Counted from the stretch's first letter, positions 29,340-40,385 are shown. The stretch: 64,000 nucleotides of DNA from Dehalococcoidia bacterium (GCA_965262725.1 OZ253555.1:1376001-1440000); one strand, 5' to 3'. Numbers and translations are program-made. The notes: generated from the sequence alone by a model not told the origin.

Positions 29340-30584
29340 CTAGCCGAAGGCGCCCCGCCGCTCGCGGTCGCGCAGCTCCGCCGCGCCCAGGCCCAGAACC
29401 TCCGAGAGCACCTCGGCGGTGTGCTCGCCGAGGTGGGGCGCGGAGTCCCGCGGGCCGTGGCGGGCGCCTTCGATGCGGAAGCCGAGCCTCGCCAGCGGGG
29501 GCGACCTCACGCCCCGATGCGGCGGCCGCACGTAGTGGTCGCGGCTCGCGAGCTGCGGGTCGTGGAGGAGGTCGAACCCGTCTCGGACGGGCGCGCAGGG
29601 GACGCCCGCCCCGCGGAGCGCGCCGAGCACCTCCTCCAGGGCGCGCGAGCCGGTCCACGCCGCGATCACGCCGTCGAGCTCCTCCTCGTGCGCCTTGCGC
29701 CCCGCGGCGCCCTCGAACCGCGGATCGTCGAGCGAGCGCTCGCCCGCGGCCTCGGCGAGCGCGCGCCACTCGGAGTCGTCGTGGACGGCGAGCGCGACCC
29801 AGCGCTCCCGCCCGTCGCCGCCGTCCAGGCAGCGATAGGCGTTGTGCGGCGCGGCGGCGGGCGAGCGGTTTCCCTCCACGCCGCGCACGACCCCGGTCAG
29901 CGCGTGCTCGAGCAACTCCGCCCCCAGTAGCCCGGCGACGGACTCGAGCTGCGGGATCTCGATGAGCTGGCCGCGGCCGGTCCGACGCCTTCGCCGGAGG
30001 GCGGCGAGGATGGCGATCGTGGCGTTCAGGGGGTTGGTCGCGTGATCCGGCATGATGCCGCGGGGGCCGACCGGCGAGGGATCGCCGCCGAGCGGCCCGC
30101 TCCTGCTCATCAGCCCCCCGAGCGCGGTGAGGTGGTTGCCGCCGCCGGCGAGGCCCGAGCGCGGCCCCACGCTCCCGACGAGCGGCATGCGCACCATGAC
30201 GATGTCGGGCCGGAGCTTCCGGACGCCCTCGTAGTCGAGGCCCCAGCGCTCGACCGTCCCCGGCGTGAAGTTCTCCAGGAAGACGTCGCTCGCGGCGATC
30301 AGCCGCCGCAGCAGCTCGAGGCCGGGCTCCGTCGAGAGGTCGAGCGCGACGCTGCGCACGCCGGCGTTGTAGCTGTTGAACCATCCGCTCATCTCGATCG
30401 TGCGCGCCTCGGGCGGCACCTCGGCGGGGAAGGGCGCGACGCTCCGCGCCGGGTCGACGCGGGTCGGCGTCTCGATCTTGATCACCTCCGCGCCCTGGTC
30501 GGCGAGCCAGCGGCCGACCAGCGGCCCCGCGATGAACCAGGTGAGTTCCACCATCCGCACGCCCTGAAGCGGGTAGCCGGCCAC
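29340..30584 (-). CDS. Family III CoA-transferase (catalytic-type subunit)
   Basis: ENFTPG, MPDH, APHLGEHT. Confidence 0.88.
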   Translation of the reverse strand: MAGYPLQGVRMVELTWFIAGPLVGRWLADQGAEVIKIETPTRVDPARSVAPFPAEVPPEARTIEMSGWFNSYNAGVRSVALDLSTEPGLELLRRLIAASDVFLENFTPGTVERWGLDYEGVRKLRPDIVMVRMPLVGSVGPRSGLAGGGNHLTALGGLMSRSGPLGGDPSPVGPRGIMPDHATNPLNATIAILAALRRRRRTGRGQLIEIPQLESVAGLLGAELLEHALTGVVRGVEGNRSPAAAPHNAYRCLDGGDGRERWVALAVHDDSEWRALAEAAGERSLDDPRFEGAAGRKAHEEELDGVIAAWTGSRALEEVLGALRGAGVPCAPVRDGFDLLHDPQLASRDHYVRPPHRGVRSPPLARLGFRIEGARHGPRDSAPHLGEHTAEVLSEVLGLGAAELRDRERRGAFG

Positions 30585-30585
30585 G

Positions 30586-31827
30586 TCAGATCACCCCCCG
30601 GGCGGCGAGGTCGTCGAGGCGCTCGCGGGGGACGCCGAGCTCCCCCCGGTAGATCTCGTCGTTGTGCTCCCCGACCAGCGGCGCGTCGTGCCTCGTCCCG
30701 GCCGGCGTCTCGGAGAGCCGGTAGGGGGGTCCGGGGTAGTCGACGCCGAGGCCGCGCCCGGGATCGGCGGGGGGCCGGAACCAGCCCCGGGCGTGGAGCT
30801 GGGGATCGCGGGCGAGATCGGCGGTCGTCTGCAGCGGGTAGAGCATGAAGCCGCGCGGGATGCTGCCGTCGCAGAGCTCGTCCATGGTGTGCCGGGCGAA
30901 GAAGGCGCGGACCGCTTGCTCCGCCTCGTGGCGGCGGGCCATGCGGTAGTCGGGGTCGTTCCAGCGCGCATCGCCCACCCACTCCGTGGCGATGCCGTCC
31001 TGTGCCATCCACTCGATGAACTCCGGCCAGTGCCGGCCCGGGACCTGGCCCCAGCCGGCGACGACGTGGCCGTCCGCGCACGGGTAGATGCCGTCGGCGG
31101 GAGGGCTCGACTCCCCCCGCGCCGGGCGCCGCCCCTGATCCGAGCCGTCGAGCTCCGCACCGACCGCCATCTGCGCGCAGGCGGCGGCGACGCACTCCGC
31201 GACCGAGACGTCGACCACCCGCGCCCCCTCGCCCGCATCCGGCGCCAGCAGCGCGCTCAGCACGCCGACCGCGGCCTGCTGACCGGCGGCGACGAGGGCG
31301 AGCTCGCCGCCCCAGCGGAAGGGGGGGTCGCCGCTCCACCCCATCGCGAGCAGGAAGCCGCCAGCGGCGGCGAGCGTCAGGTCGGTGCCGGGGAGCTCGG
31401 CGTCGGGGCCGCGGAGACCGTAGGGGGTGATCGCCGCCCAGAGCGCGCCGTCCGAGGCGAGCGCCGAGCTCGTGACGCCGAGCGCACCGAGCCCTCCGCG
31501 TCCCGAGGCGTCGACCACGACGTCAGCGCCCGAGAGAAGCGCTCCGAGCAGCTCGTTGCCCTCGGGCGTGCCGGCGCGCGCGGTGATGCCGCGCTTCCCT
31601 GCGTGCTCGTGGAGGAAGGGGATGCTCCTCTCGCGCTCCTCGCCGGCCGGGAGCAGGGGCGGGCGCCCCCGGGCGGGGTCGCCCCCGGGCGGCTCGAGCA
31701 GGATCACGTCGGCGCCGAGCTCGGCGAGGATGCGCCCGCAGTGCGCCCCGGCCGCAGCCACCGCGCTCCCGCCGAACTCGACGACGCGCAGGCCGTCGAG
31801 CGCACCGGGCCCCGGGTCGGCGCTCAT
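30586..31827 (-). CDS. Family III CoA-transferase (subunit apparently lacking catalytic Asp)
   Basis: ALDGLRVVEF, HAGKRGI, GIYPCADG; no Asp in GELALVAAG. Confidence 0.82.
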   Translation of the reverse strand: MSADPGPGALDGLRVVEFGGSAVAAAGAHCGRILAELGADVILLEPPGGDPARGRPPLLPAGEERERSIPFLHEHAGKRGITARAGTPEGNELLGALLSGADVVVDASGRGGLGALGVTSSALASDGALWAAITPYGLRGPDAELPGTDLTLAAAGGFLLAMGWSGDPPFRWGGELALVAAGQQAAVGVLSALLAPDAGEGARVVDVSVAECVAAACAQMAVGAELDGSDQGRRPARGESSPPADGIYPCADGHVVAGWGQVPGRHWPEFIEWMAQDGIATEWVGDARWNDPDYRMARRHEAEQAVRAFFARHTMDELCDGSIPRGFMLYPLQTTADLARDPQLHARGWFRPPADPGRGLGVDYPGPPYRLSETPAGTRHDAPLVGEHNDEIYRGELGVPRERLDDLAARGVI

Positions 31828-32675
31828 CGCTCGCCGCCCGCGGGGAGCGGGCCCCCGTCCGGCGTCTCGATGAACCACTTCACGCGTTGCCTCCCGCGCG
31901 CCACCGGACGGTCGTCGGCGTCTCGGGTCTCGAATTCGATGGTGCGGAACCAGCAGCGGCCGGAGATTCCCTTGTCGGCCCAGCGCGTGCGGACTCGCAG
32001 CGGCTCTCCGAGCGGAACCGGTCGCTCCACGACGACCTGGAAGTCCGATCCCATCGCCAGCGGGATCACACCGGGCCCCGGCGGGAACTCGACCTGGACG
32101 TCGTGCGCGTGCAGCAGCAGCGAGAGCGGCGGCGCGATCGGTCCGCCCCACCGCGTCGGGTCCCGGAACCATGGGGTCTCGTCGCCTGCGGCGTCGCAGA
32201 GCTCGGCCACATCCGCCGCCGTCACCGTGCGTCGCACCTCGGCGACCGGGGCGCCGAGGCGCACGCCCGGCAGGACCCCCTCGGCGCCGCGCGAGCCGTC
32301 CTGGCTCGCGTCCCACGGATCCCGCGCTCCGAGACCGGCGCGGCCGACGCACGCGAGCCGACCGTCGCGCGTCTCCAGCACGAGGGCGAGATCGCCGTCG
32401 CTGTCGCGCATCGCCCTCTCGCGCACCTCCTCGTCGTCGTAGACGGGGGAGACGATCTTGAGGTCGATCCAGCCGCCCTCGAACCAGCTCTCGCCGAGTG
32501 TGGCGACGACCGCGGGCACCACCGCCTGCGCGACGTTCTGCCCGAGCACGGGTCCGGCGCGGAAGCCGACGCCCTGCGCGACGTCGTCGCTGTGTATGCC
32601 CGGCTCGTCGGCGGCGAGATTCGGCAGGATCCGCCACCGTCCGTCGTGGAGCGTCTCGCCGGTCGCGAACGGCAT
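31824..32675 (-). CDS. Double hot-dog (MaoC-like) dehydratase/thioesterase
   Basis: IHSDDVAQGVGFRAGPVLG, WGGPIAPP. Confidence 0.6.
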   Translation of the reverse strand: MPFATGETLHDGRWRILPNLAADEPGIHSDDVAQGVGFRAGPVLGQNVAQAVVPAVVATLGESWFEGGWIDLKIVSPVYDDEEVRERAMRDSDGDLALVLETRDGRLACVGRAGLGARDPWDASQDGSRGAEGVLPGVRLGAPVAEVRRTVTAADVAELCDAAGDETPWFRDPTRWGGPIAPPLSLLLHAHDVQVEFPPGPGVIPLAMGSDFQVVVERPVPLGEPLRVRTRWADKGISGRCWFRTIEFETRDADDRPVARGRQRVKWFIETPDGGPLPAGGER

Positions 32676-32678
32676 CGC

Positions 32679-33899
32679 CTAGCCCCGCGGCAGACCGAGA
32701 CCGCGCGTGGCGATGATGTTGCGCTGGATCTCCGGCGTCCCTCCTCCCACGAGGGCCGCCCAGCGCACGTAGCTCCGTGCGAACTGCGCCTCCAGAGGAG
32801 CATGCGGCTCGTCCGTGTCCCAGATCGTCGAGTAGAGACCGAAGAGGGCGGTGCCGGTGCGCGCCAGCCGCTGGCCGCTCTCCCCCCCGAAGATGTGCGA
32901 CGCTGACGCCTCGTAGTTCGGGATCTGGCCCGATTGCTGCATCGTAATGATGCGCAGGGAGAAGTTCGCCATCACGTTCGCCTCGATGTGGCGGTCGGCG
33001 ATCTGCTGGCGCAGCGAGTCGAGGCGCTCGATGCGGGAGCGGTCCCGTCCCTCAGGGGTGACGATGTAGCCGAGCAGCCCCTTGATGGCGCGCTCCATCG
33101 CGACCGCGCCCGCGATGTTCGAGCGCTCGTTGTCGAGCAGCGTCATCGCGACGTACCACCCGCGGTTCTCCTCGCCGACGCGCTCCGAGACCGGGACGCG
33201 GACGTCCTCGAAGAAGTCCTCGTTGATCTCGTGGCCGTCGGTCATGTCGATGATCGGGCGGATCTCGACACCCGGGGACCGGAGGTCGAGCAGCAGGAAG
33301 GAGATGCCGCGGTGCTTCGGAGCGTCGGGATCGGTGCGCGAAAGCAGCACCATCCAGTCGGCGTAGTGGGCGTGCGTCGTCCAGATCTTCTGGCCGTTGA
33401 CGATGTACTCGTCGCCGTCGCGAACGGCGCGCGTGCGCAGCGAGGCGAGATCGGATCCCGCCCCGGGCTCCGAGAAGCCCTGGCACCAGACGACGTCGCC
33501 GCGGAGGATCGGCGTCAGGTGGCGCGCCTTTTGCTCCTCGGTGCCGTGCAGGATCAGCGCCGGCCCGAGCATGCTGATGCCGACGTTGCTTCCCACTCCC
33601 GGCGCGTTGGCGCCGGCGAGCTCGGCGCTGAGAATGAACTGCTCCATCCAGCTCAGCCCGCCGCCGCCGTATTCACGGGGCCAGTGGGGCGCCACCCAGC
33701 CCTTCTCGGCGAACGCTCCGAACCACTCGTCCGCGGCCGAGCGTGCCTCCTCGTTCTCCTCCAGCCGATCACGGGCCCACTGCGTGTAGGCCGTGTACTC
33801 GTGCTCGGCCATCCTGCGGTAGCGCTCGGGCATGCGCGCGATGAGTTCACGCACCTCCTCGCGGAAACCCGCCTGCTCGGTCGTGTCCGTCCAGTCCAT
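32679..33899 (-). CDS. Acyl-CoA dehydrogenase (paralog of 8581-9807)
   Basis: QGFSEPGAGSDL, GQKIWTT, GTPEIQRNIIA. Confidence 0.92.
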   Translation of the reverse strand: MDWTDTTEQAGFREEVRELIARMPERYRRMAEHEYTAYTQWARDRLEENEEARSAADEWFGAFAEKGWVAPHWPREYGGGGLSWMEQFILSAELAGANAPGVGSNVGISMLGPALILHGTEEQKARHLTPILRGDVVWCQGFSEPGAGSDLASLRTRAVRDGDEYIVNGQKIWTTHAHYADWMVLLSRTDPDAPKHRGISFLLLDLRSPGVEIRPIIDMTDGHEINEDFFEDVRVPVSERVGEENRGWYVAMTLLDNERSNIAGAVAMERAIKGLLGYIVTPEGRDRSRIERLDSLRQQIADRHIEANVMANFSLRIITMQQSGQIPNYEASASHIFGGESGQRLARTGTALFGLYSTIWDTDEPHAPLEAQFARSYVRWAALVGGGTPEIQRNIIATRGLGLPRG

Positions 33900-33975
33900 G
33901 GTCGTACTCCATCGTGCGCGACCCCCGGTGCGGATGCGCGCCGGGCGGACGCCCACAGCATGCGTGATAGTAGCG

Positions 33976-35370
33976 ATGCCGCCCGTTCGTTTCATCCGGC
34001 GGGCCAAAGGCGGCCGCGGAGGGTCCCAACGACCGGGGGAGCCGGCGCGGGTACGCTACCGGCCCCAGGGGACACGGGACGGGAGAGCCGGCATCCCGAC
34101 GCGACTCGCCGAACGCGCGATCCGCCTGCCGTTCTTCTACGGATGGGTCATCGTCGCGGTCGGTTTCCTGGTCGCCTTCAGCTCCGGGCCCGGGCAGTCG
34201 TACGTCTTCTCGGTCTTCCTCGACTCCATCATCGAGGACACAGGGCTCTCGCGAACGACCATCTCCCTCCTCTACGCCGTCGGGACGGGCGTGAGCGCGC
34301 TGATGGTCGCCTTCGTGAGCCGCATGGCGGATCACGTTGGCCCCAGGCTGGTGGCGATCGCCGTCGCCGTCGCGCTCGGGGTGGCGTGCTTCGGGATGGC
34401 GTTCGCCCGTGGTTTCGCGGCCTTCTTCCTCGCGTTCGCCGCGCTGCGTGCTCTCGGGCAGGGCTCGACCCCCATCAACGCGACGCTGATGACGGCGCAG
34501 TGGTTCGTGATCCGGCGCGGCCGTGCGATGGCGATGATGGGTCTCGGACTCGCAGCCTCGCTCGCTCTCCTGCCCCCCATCTCGCGGGCGTTGATCGATG
34601 CCGCAGGCTGGCGCGAGGCCTACATCGTCCTCGGTGTGATGGTGTGGATGCTCGTCATTCCCGCGGCCCTTCTCTTCGCGCGCGACACGCCGGAGGAGAT
34701 GGGATTGCATCCGGACGGAGCGGGCCACCCGCCGCTGCGGGAGGCGGTCACCCTTCCCGGGGGGGCGGCCGCCGAGCGCCGCGTGTTCTCGTCGCTGACG
34801 TTCTGGCTGCTGGCGCTCCCGCTGACGACGTCGCCCTTCGTCGTGACGGCGCTCGTCTTCCACCAGACCGGGATCTTCGAGGAGCGCGGGCTCGGAGCGT
34901 CGGTCGCCGCCGCGGTCTTCGTGCCCTTCGCGATCGCGACGGGTGTGTCGTCCACGCTCGCGGGGTTCGCCGTCGATCGCATCGGGCCGATCCCGCTCTT
35001 CGTGCTCTCGATGCTCCTCCTTGCCGCCGCGCTCGGCGCCTCCCGGCTGATCGACGAGACCGCCGACGCCGTGCTCTACGCTGGCGTGCTCGGCACCGGT
35101 AGTGGAGTGCAGCGGATCGTGCAGAGCGTGCTGTGGGCGCACTACTACGGTCGGCGGGGACTGGGGCGCGTGCAGGGGTCGGCGACCTCGATCATGATCC
35201 TGATGTCGGCCCTCGGGCCGTTGCCGCTCGCGATGATCGAGGGGGCGACCGGCTCCTACGGCCCCGGGATCGCGGCCATGGCCGCGCTGCCCGCGCTCGC
35301 GATAGCCGGCATCCTGCTCGCGTGGCTCCGGACGTCGGGCCTCGACAGCGGCGGGGCGCACGCCGGGTAG
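33976..35370 (+). CDS. MFS transporter (start uncertain)
   Basis: FFYGWVIV, GPGQSY, WFVIRRGRAM; many hydrophobic segments. Confidence 0.8.
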   Translation: MPPVRFIRRAKGGRGGSQRPGEPARVRYRPQGTRDGRAGIPTRLAERAIRLPFFYGWVIVAVGFLVAFSSGPGQSYVFSVFLDSIIEDTGLSRTTISLLYAVGTGVSALMVAFVSRMADHVGPRLVAIAVAVALGVACFGMAFARGFAAFFLAFAALRALGQGSTPINATLMTAQWFVIRRGRAMAMMGLGLAASLALLPPISRALIDAAGWREAYIVLGVMVWMLVIPAALLFARDTPEEMGLHPDGAGHPPLREAVTLPGGAAAERRVFSSLTFWLLALPLTTSPFVVTALVFHQTGIFEERGLGASVAAAVFVPFAIATGVSSTLAGFAVDRIGPIPLFVLSMLLLAAALGASRLIDETADAVLYAGVLGTGSGVQRIVQSVLWAHYYGRRGLGRVQGSATSIMILMSALGPLPLAMIEGATGSYGPGIAAMAALPALAIAGILLAWLRTSGLDSGGAHAG

Positions 35371-35416
35371 GCGCGACGGGGAGCCGGGTTCCGGGCGCGC
35401 TGCTCATGCGAGAGCG

Positions 35417-36757
35417 TCAGAGCCGGGAAGGCGTCGCGGCGGTCTCCTCCCCCTCCGCGCGCTCGGGGCGTGCGGGGTTGCGGGCGAAGAAGACGAGCGC
35501 GGCGCTCGCGAGCACGAGCCCGGAGAACACCACGAATGCCCCGTCGTAGCTCCCGAACCGGTCGTAGTAGGCGGCAACCAGCACGGGGCCCGACGCCCCG
35601 AGCACGAGGGCGACCGGCATCGCCGAGCTACGGACGGCCCCAAGATGGCGGCGCCCGAAGAACGTGGCCCACATGATCTCCTGGACGGGGACGTAGCCGG
35701 CCATCCCCGATCCCATGGCGAAGAAGCCGAGGGCCACGATCGCGAGGCTCTGCGCGCGGGCGCCGAGGACGATCACCAGCACACCCGCCCCAAGGGTCAC
35801 GAAGGCGGCACAGGCGAGCCGCCGGGGATCGATGTGCTCGGCCGCCACCCCCCAGAAGGGGCGCGAGACGAGTCCCGGGATGGTGAGCACGGCCAGCATC
35901 GCCGCCGCGGTCCCCCGCGAGAAGCCGGCGTCGGTCAGAAGCGGAATCGCCTGCGTGACGAGGGCGAGCAGGGTGAGTCCGACCGTCCCGAACGCGACGA
36001 CGAGAAGCCACAGGGCACTCGTGCGCAGGGCCTCTCCGCGTGTGAGCGATGTCGCGTAGTCCAGGCGCTCGCGCTCGGCGTCGAGCGCTCCGCGTGCCGA
36101 ATCCGCCGACCGGCCATCCGGCCTGAGGCCGTAGTCCTCGGGCTGGCGGCGCATCACGAGGGCCGTCGGGAGGATCAGGATCGCGGCGACCGCCGCCAGG
36201 ACGCGCCAGCCGGCGGCCCACCCGTACGCGTCGACGATCGGGGTCAGGGCGTTCGGGACGACGATGCCCGCCAGTGAGAAGCCGACGGCTGCGATGCCGA
36301 TCACGCGGCCCCGGTAGCGGACGAACCACTTCGAGAGCGCCACGTTCACGACCAGCGAGCTCGCCATCCCCAGCCCGATGGGCTGGATCAGGCCCCGCAG
36401 CAGCACCCACTGCCACAGCTCCGTCACCTCCGCCGTCAGGGCGAGCCCAACCACGGTGATGGAGGTGCCGGCGAGCATCAGGCCCCGGCCGCCGTGACGG
36501 TCCAGGTAGCTGCCGATGGCAAGGGCGGTCGCCGCGGTGACGAACTGCCCCGTCGTGAAGGAGATGATGAACTCGGCTCGCGACCACCCCAGCTCCGCTG
36601 TCATCGGCTCGAGAAAGACGCCGGGGAGGTAGCCGACGAGCCCGGCGCCCATGACGAGGTTGGTGATCATCGCCGCTGCGACCATGTACCAGCCGAAGTA
36701 GATGCCGGATCGCCGATGGCGCGACGGCGCAGCGGCGCGGGCCTCGGTCTCGCTCAC
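35417..36757 (-). CDS. MFS transporter
   Basis: YFGWYMV, KWFVRYRGR, PEDYGLRPDG. Confidence 0.85.
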   Translation of the reverse strand: MSETEARAAAPSRHRRSGIYFGWYMVAAAMITNLVMGAGLVGYLPGVFLEPMTAELGWSRAEFIISFTTGQFVTAATALAIGSYLDRHGGRGLMLAGTSITVVGLALTAEVTELWQWVLLRGLIQPIGLGMASSLVVNVALSKWFVRYRGRVIGIAAVGFSLAGIVVPNALTPIVDAYGWAAGWRVLAAVAAILILPTALVMRRQPEDYGLRPDGRSADSARGALDAERERLDYATSLTRGEALRTSALWLLVVAFGTVGLTLLALVTQAIPLLTDAGFSRGTAAAMLAVLTIPGLVSRPFWGVAAEHIDPRRLACAAFVTLGAGVLVIVLGARAQSLAIVALGFFAMGSGMAGYVPVQEIMWATFFGRRHLGAVRSSAMPVALVLGASGPVLVAAYYDRFGSYDGAFVVFSGLVLASAALVFFARNPARPERAEGEETAATPSRL

Positions 36758-36860
36758 GCGAATCCCCCGATCCCAGCGCAGCCCAGCGCCCGCCGGGAAC
36801 ACCCTACCGCTACGCGCGCTCCGATCGGCTGCCGCAACGCTACCGACGTGAGGCCGCTGC

Positions 36861-38144
36861 CTAGCGCCGTGTGCCGACTCGCGTGGCCTCGGTGCCGGGA
36901 GCGCGTTCCCCGTCCGGGGGGATCACGAAGTGCCTTCGGAGTTCCGGCCACGCCAGCACCACGAGCGAGAGCGCCACGAGCCCTTCGATGGACATCAGCG
37001 TGGTCGCGATCGGCGCCCCCAGCCATTCGGCCGTGAACCCGACGCTCAGCGCTCCGATCGGGTTCCCGCCAAGCGCCATCGAGGCGGTGCCGATCACGCG
37101 ACCGCGAATCTCGGGCGGGGCGCTGGCGACGAAGAGCGTCGTCTGCATCGACGTGTAGGACGCCATACCGAAGCCGGCCATCCACAGCAGGAAGAGGGAG
37201 AGGATGAAGACCTCGGAGCGGGAGAAGAGCATCACCATCGCCATGAAGAGCGCGATGCCGCCGATGTAGAGGAAGGTGTAGATGCGCGTGGGTGCGAGAC
37301 TCGCGATGAGCGTCGCGCCGATCAGGGCGCCCAGCCCCTCCGAGGATTGCAGCAGCCCCACGCCGACCGCGCTCAGTCCCAGCGTCTCTTTACCGATCAC
37401 GGGCAGCATCGTGAGGTAGGGGAAGCCGAAGATGTTCATCAGGAGGCTGGCGAGAATCGCGCCGCTCAGCAGCCGCCGTCGGCTGATGTAGCGCACGCCG
37501 TCCATGAGGTCGGCGAGGGGGGCCTGCGGGTGGCCGCTCCGGGCCGGCGGGCTGTACGAGAGCGTCGCGAGCACGCCGAGCGCGATCAGGAAGATCACGG
37601 CCTCCGTGAAGAAGGCAGCCTCGGCGCCGATCGTGGCGAGCAGTATGCCGCCGGTGAGGGGGCCGAAGACGCGCGTGAGGGAACTCGTGCCGATGTCAAG
37701 CGCCATCGCGCGACCGATCAGCTCGCGCGGCACGACGTCGCCCAGCATCGCGCGCCGAACGGGGAACTCCACGGCCCACAGCGTGCCGGCGACGAACGAC
37801 GCTCCGAGCAGGTGCCAGTACTCGATGCGCTCGGTGACCACCAGCACGCCGAGCAGGGCCGCGATGATCGTGAGCAGGCCGAAGCACGCCATGAGCATCC
37901 GTCGCCTGTCGACGCGGTCGGCGAGGGTGCCGATCGCCAGCGAGAAGAGAATCCGGGGGACCTGGCGGGTGAAGAAGAGCAGCGCGACCATGAACGCCGA
38001 TCCGGTGAGATCGAAGACGTAGACCCCGAGCACGAGCGTGTCGAGCCAGCGCATCGCCGAGGTGAGCGCACCGGTCAGCCACAGCCGACGGAACCTCTGG
38101 TCAGCGAGGACCAGGCGGATGGGCGCACGGGAAGCTGATTGCAC
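36861..38144 (-). CDS. MFS transporter
   Basis: GTLADRVDRRR motif A. Confidence 0.85.
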   Translation of the reverse strand: MQSASRAPIRLVLADQRFRRLWLTGALTSAMRWLDTLVLGVYVFDLTGSAFMVALLFFTRQVPRILFSLAIGTLADRVDRRRMLMACFGLLTIIAALLGVLVVTERIEYWHLLGASFVAGTLWAVEFPVRRAMLGDVVPRELIGRAMALDIGTSSLTRVFGPLTGGILLATIGAEAAFFTEAVIFLIALGVLATLSYSPPARSGHPQAPLADLMDGVRYISRRRLLSGAILASLLMNIFGFPYLTMLPVIGKETLGLSAVGVGLLQSSEGLGALIGATLIASLAPTRIYTFLYIGGIALFMAMVMLFSRSEVFILSLFLLWMAGFGMASYTSMQTTLFVASAPPEIRGRVIGTASMALGGNPIGALSVGFTAEWLGAPIATTLMSIEGLVALSLVVLAWPELRRHFVIPPDGERAPGTEATRVGTRR

Positions 38145-38242
38145 GCGCGGAGTCTAGCAACGCGATCGTCGTCGGGCGTGGGACCCGCGCGACGACGTCG
38201 TCCGGGCGATACGCTCTATCCTGTGCCCGCGCGAGGGAAGAG

Positions 38243-39247
38243 GTGCAGGTGCGCGTCGGGCTTCGTGCCGAGATTCGGCGCGATCTGGGGGACGACTGGC
38301 ACACCGCCCTCGAGAAGGTGCGTGTGGCCGAGGACCTCGGGTTCGAGCTGGCAGCGGCGCGCGCGGGGCACGCCGCGATCCCGTGGGCGGCGGTCCTCGC
38401 GACGAACACGAGCCGGGTCACGATCGCGACCGCCCTCGTCGATTGCTGGGGGACGTCGCCCGCCACCTACGCCGAGCAGTTCGCCCTGCTCGATCATCTC
38501 TCTGAGGGCCGCATGCTGCTCGGCCTCGGCTCGACCAGTCCGAACGTTGCCGAGCACCTGCACGGCACGCCGTACCGGCGAGCCCTGACACGGCTCCGCG
38601 AGTACGTCGAGATCTTCCGTCTGCTGCTCCGCGGCGACCGCCTCCGCTACCAGGGCGAGATCTTCGAGATGAGCCGCGGCTTCCAGCTCTCGGTTCCCGC
38701 GCTCCGGAGCGAGATCCCGATCTTCATCGGCGCGATTCGCCCGGCGTCCATCCGGCAGACGGGGGAGATCGCGGACGGCATCTTCGCGATCCACTGGCCG
38801 AAGGAGCGGCTGACCGCGCTGCGGGAGATGCTCGCGGCCGGCGCCCGGCAGGCGGGGCGCGATCCGGCGGAAGTGACGATCGCGCCGAACGCGAACGTCT
38901 TCGTGCTCGACGGTCGGAACGACGAGCAGCAGTGGCTCGCCGCGCGGCGGCCGATCGAGCACTACACGAACCGCATGGGCGACTTCTACTGGCGCACATT
39001 CGTCGAGCACGGCTTCGAGGCCGAGGTGACGGCGTCGCGGCGCGCCTGGGCGGAGCGAGATCGACAGGGGGCGCTCATGGCGATCTCGGAGCGCATGGTG
39101 CGCTCGATCCAGGTGATCGGCCCGCTGGAGGAGGTGCGGGAGCAGCTGCACGAGCGCGCGGCGCTCGGGGCCGAACTCCAGATGCTCTACGTCCCCCCCG
39201 GCACGGCCCCGGAGGCCGGCCGGTTCTGGGAGACGCTGCTTCGATAG
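38243..39247 (+). CDS. LLM-class flavin/F420-dependent oxidoreductase
   Basis: LDHLSEGRMLLGLG, IPIFIGA, GEIADG. Confidence 0.85.
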   Translation: MQVRVGLRAEIRRDLGDDWHTALEKVRVAEDLGFELAAARAGHAAIPWAAVLATNTSRVTIATALVDCWGTSPATYAEQFALLDHLSEGRMLLGLGSTSPNVAEHLHGTPYRRALTRLREYVEIFRLLLRGDRLRYQGEIFEMSRGFQLSVPALRSEIPIFIGAIRPASIRQTGEIADGIFAIHWPKERLTALREMLAAGARQAGRDPAEVTIAPNANVFVLDGRNDEQQWLAARRPIEHYTNRMGDFYWRTFVEHGFEAEVTASRRAWAERDRQGALMAISERMVRSIQVIGPLEEVREQLHERAALGAELQMLYVPPGTAPEAGRFWETLLR

Positions 39248-39368
39248 TCGGCTCCCCGCGAGCGTGCGGATGACGGGAGCCTCTCGGGTGTTCGCCACGA
39301 GCCGACGCCGGGCGGCTGTGCGAGAATCACCGCCGGTCGCACCGCGGTGCCGTGGGAAGCAGGGCGGA

Positions 39369-40385
39369 ATGCGGTTCGGGATCTTTGGGGGACCGGCGGA
39401 GGAGGGGGCCGAGCCCCCGGGCGCGAGCTACCGACGGTTCATCGACCTCGCCCTGGCGGCTGAGGATCTGGGCTACGACGGCGTCTACGTCGTGGAGCAT
39501 CACTTCGGCAGGCGGGGCCAGCTATCGGCCTCGCTCACGTTCCTGAGTCACCTCGCCGCGCTCACCCGGCGCATTCGCCTCGGTACCGCGGTGGTCGTGC
39601 TCCCGTGGCACAATCCGGTGCTCGTTGCAGAGCAGGCCGCGACGGTCGACGTGCTCTCCGGGGGCCGTCTGGACTTGGGCGTGGGCCGTGGCTACCAGTA
39701 CCCGGAGTTCCGTGGCTTCCAGCTCCCCATCGAGGAGGCGGGTGCTCGCACCGACGAGGCACTGGAGGTGATCCGCAAGGCGTGGAGCTCGGACGGAAGC
39801 ATTTCGCACCACGGTCGGTACTGGCACTTCGAGGACATCTTCATCGAGCCGCGCCCGCTGCAGTCACCGCACCCCCCGCTGTGGCAGGGCGCCGGAAGCC
39901 CCGGCTCTATCCGGCGAGCCGCCCGCGAGGGATACCGGCTCTTTCTCGACCAGATCGGCTCCTTTGATCTGACCGCGGAGCGGGTGGCGATTTATCGGGA
40001 CGAGCAGGCGGCTGCCGGGCTCGCGTCGACCGATGACGACATCGCCGTGACACGCGGCCTGCTCGTCGCGGCGAGCGAGGAGGAACGGGGGACGGCGGTC
40101 GAGCGGGGCGAGCGCACCGTCAGGCGCCTCGCCGAGCTGGCGGCTGCGGGGGCCGACCCGTCGCTCCGCTCGACAAGGCCCTTCTACAGCGACCCGGCGG
40201 CGGCGCGCCAGACGACCGAGGAGAGCGCCATCCTCGGCACGCCCGCGGAGTGCGTCGAGCGCCTGAGGCGCCTCGAGGCGGCAGGCGTCACGCGGGTGCT
40301 CTTCTCGAACCCGCGCCCCGAAGACCTGCGCCTCTTCGCGCGTGAGGTGATGCCGGCATTCAGCCCGGCGCCGGCACCGGTGTGA
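39369..40385 (+). CDS. LLM-class flavin-dependent monooxygenase
   Basis: VEHHF, LPWHNPVLVAEQ, SGGRLDLGVGRGY. Confidence 0.9.
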   Translation: MRFGIFGGPAEEGAEPPGASYRRFIDLALAAEDLGYDGVYVVEHHFGRRGQLSASLTFLSHLAALTRRIRLGTAVVVLPWHNPVLVAEQAATVDVLSGGRLDLGVGRGYQYPEFRGFQLPIEEAGARTDEALEVIRKAWSSDGSISHHGRYWHFEDIFIEPRPLQSPHPPLWQGAGSPGSIRRAAREGYRLFLDQIGSFDLTAERVAIYRDEQAAAGLASTDDDIAVTRGLLVAASEEERGTAVERGERTVRRLAELAAAGADPSLRSTRPFYSDPAAARQTTEESAILGTPAECVERLRRLEAAGVTRVLFSNPRPEDLRLFAREVMPAFSPAPAPV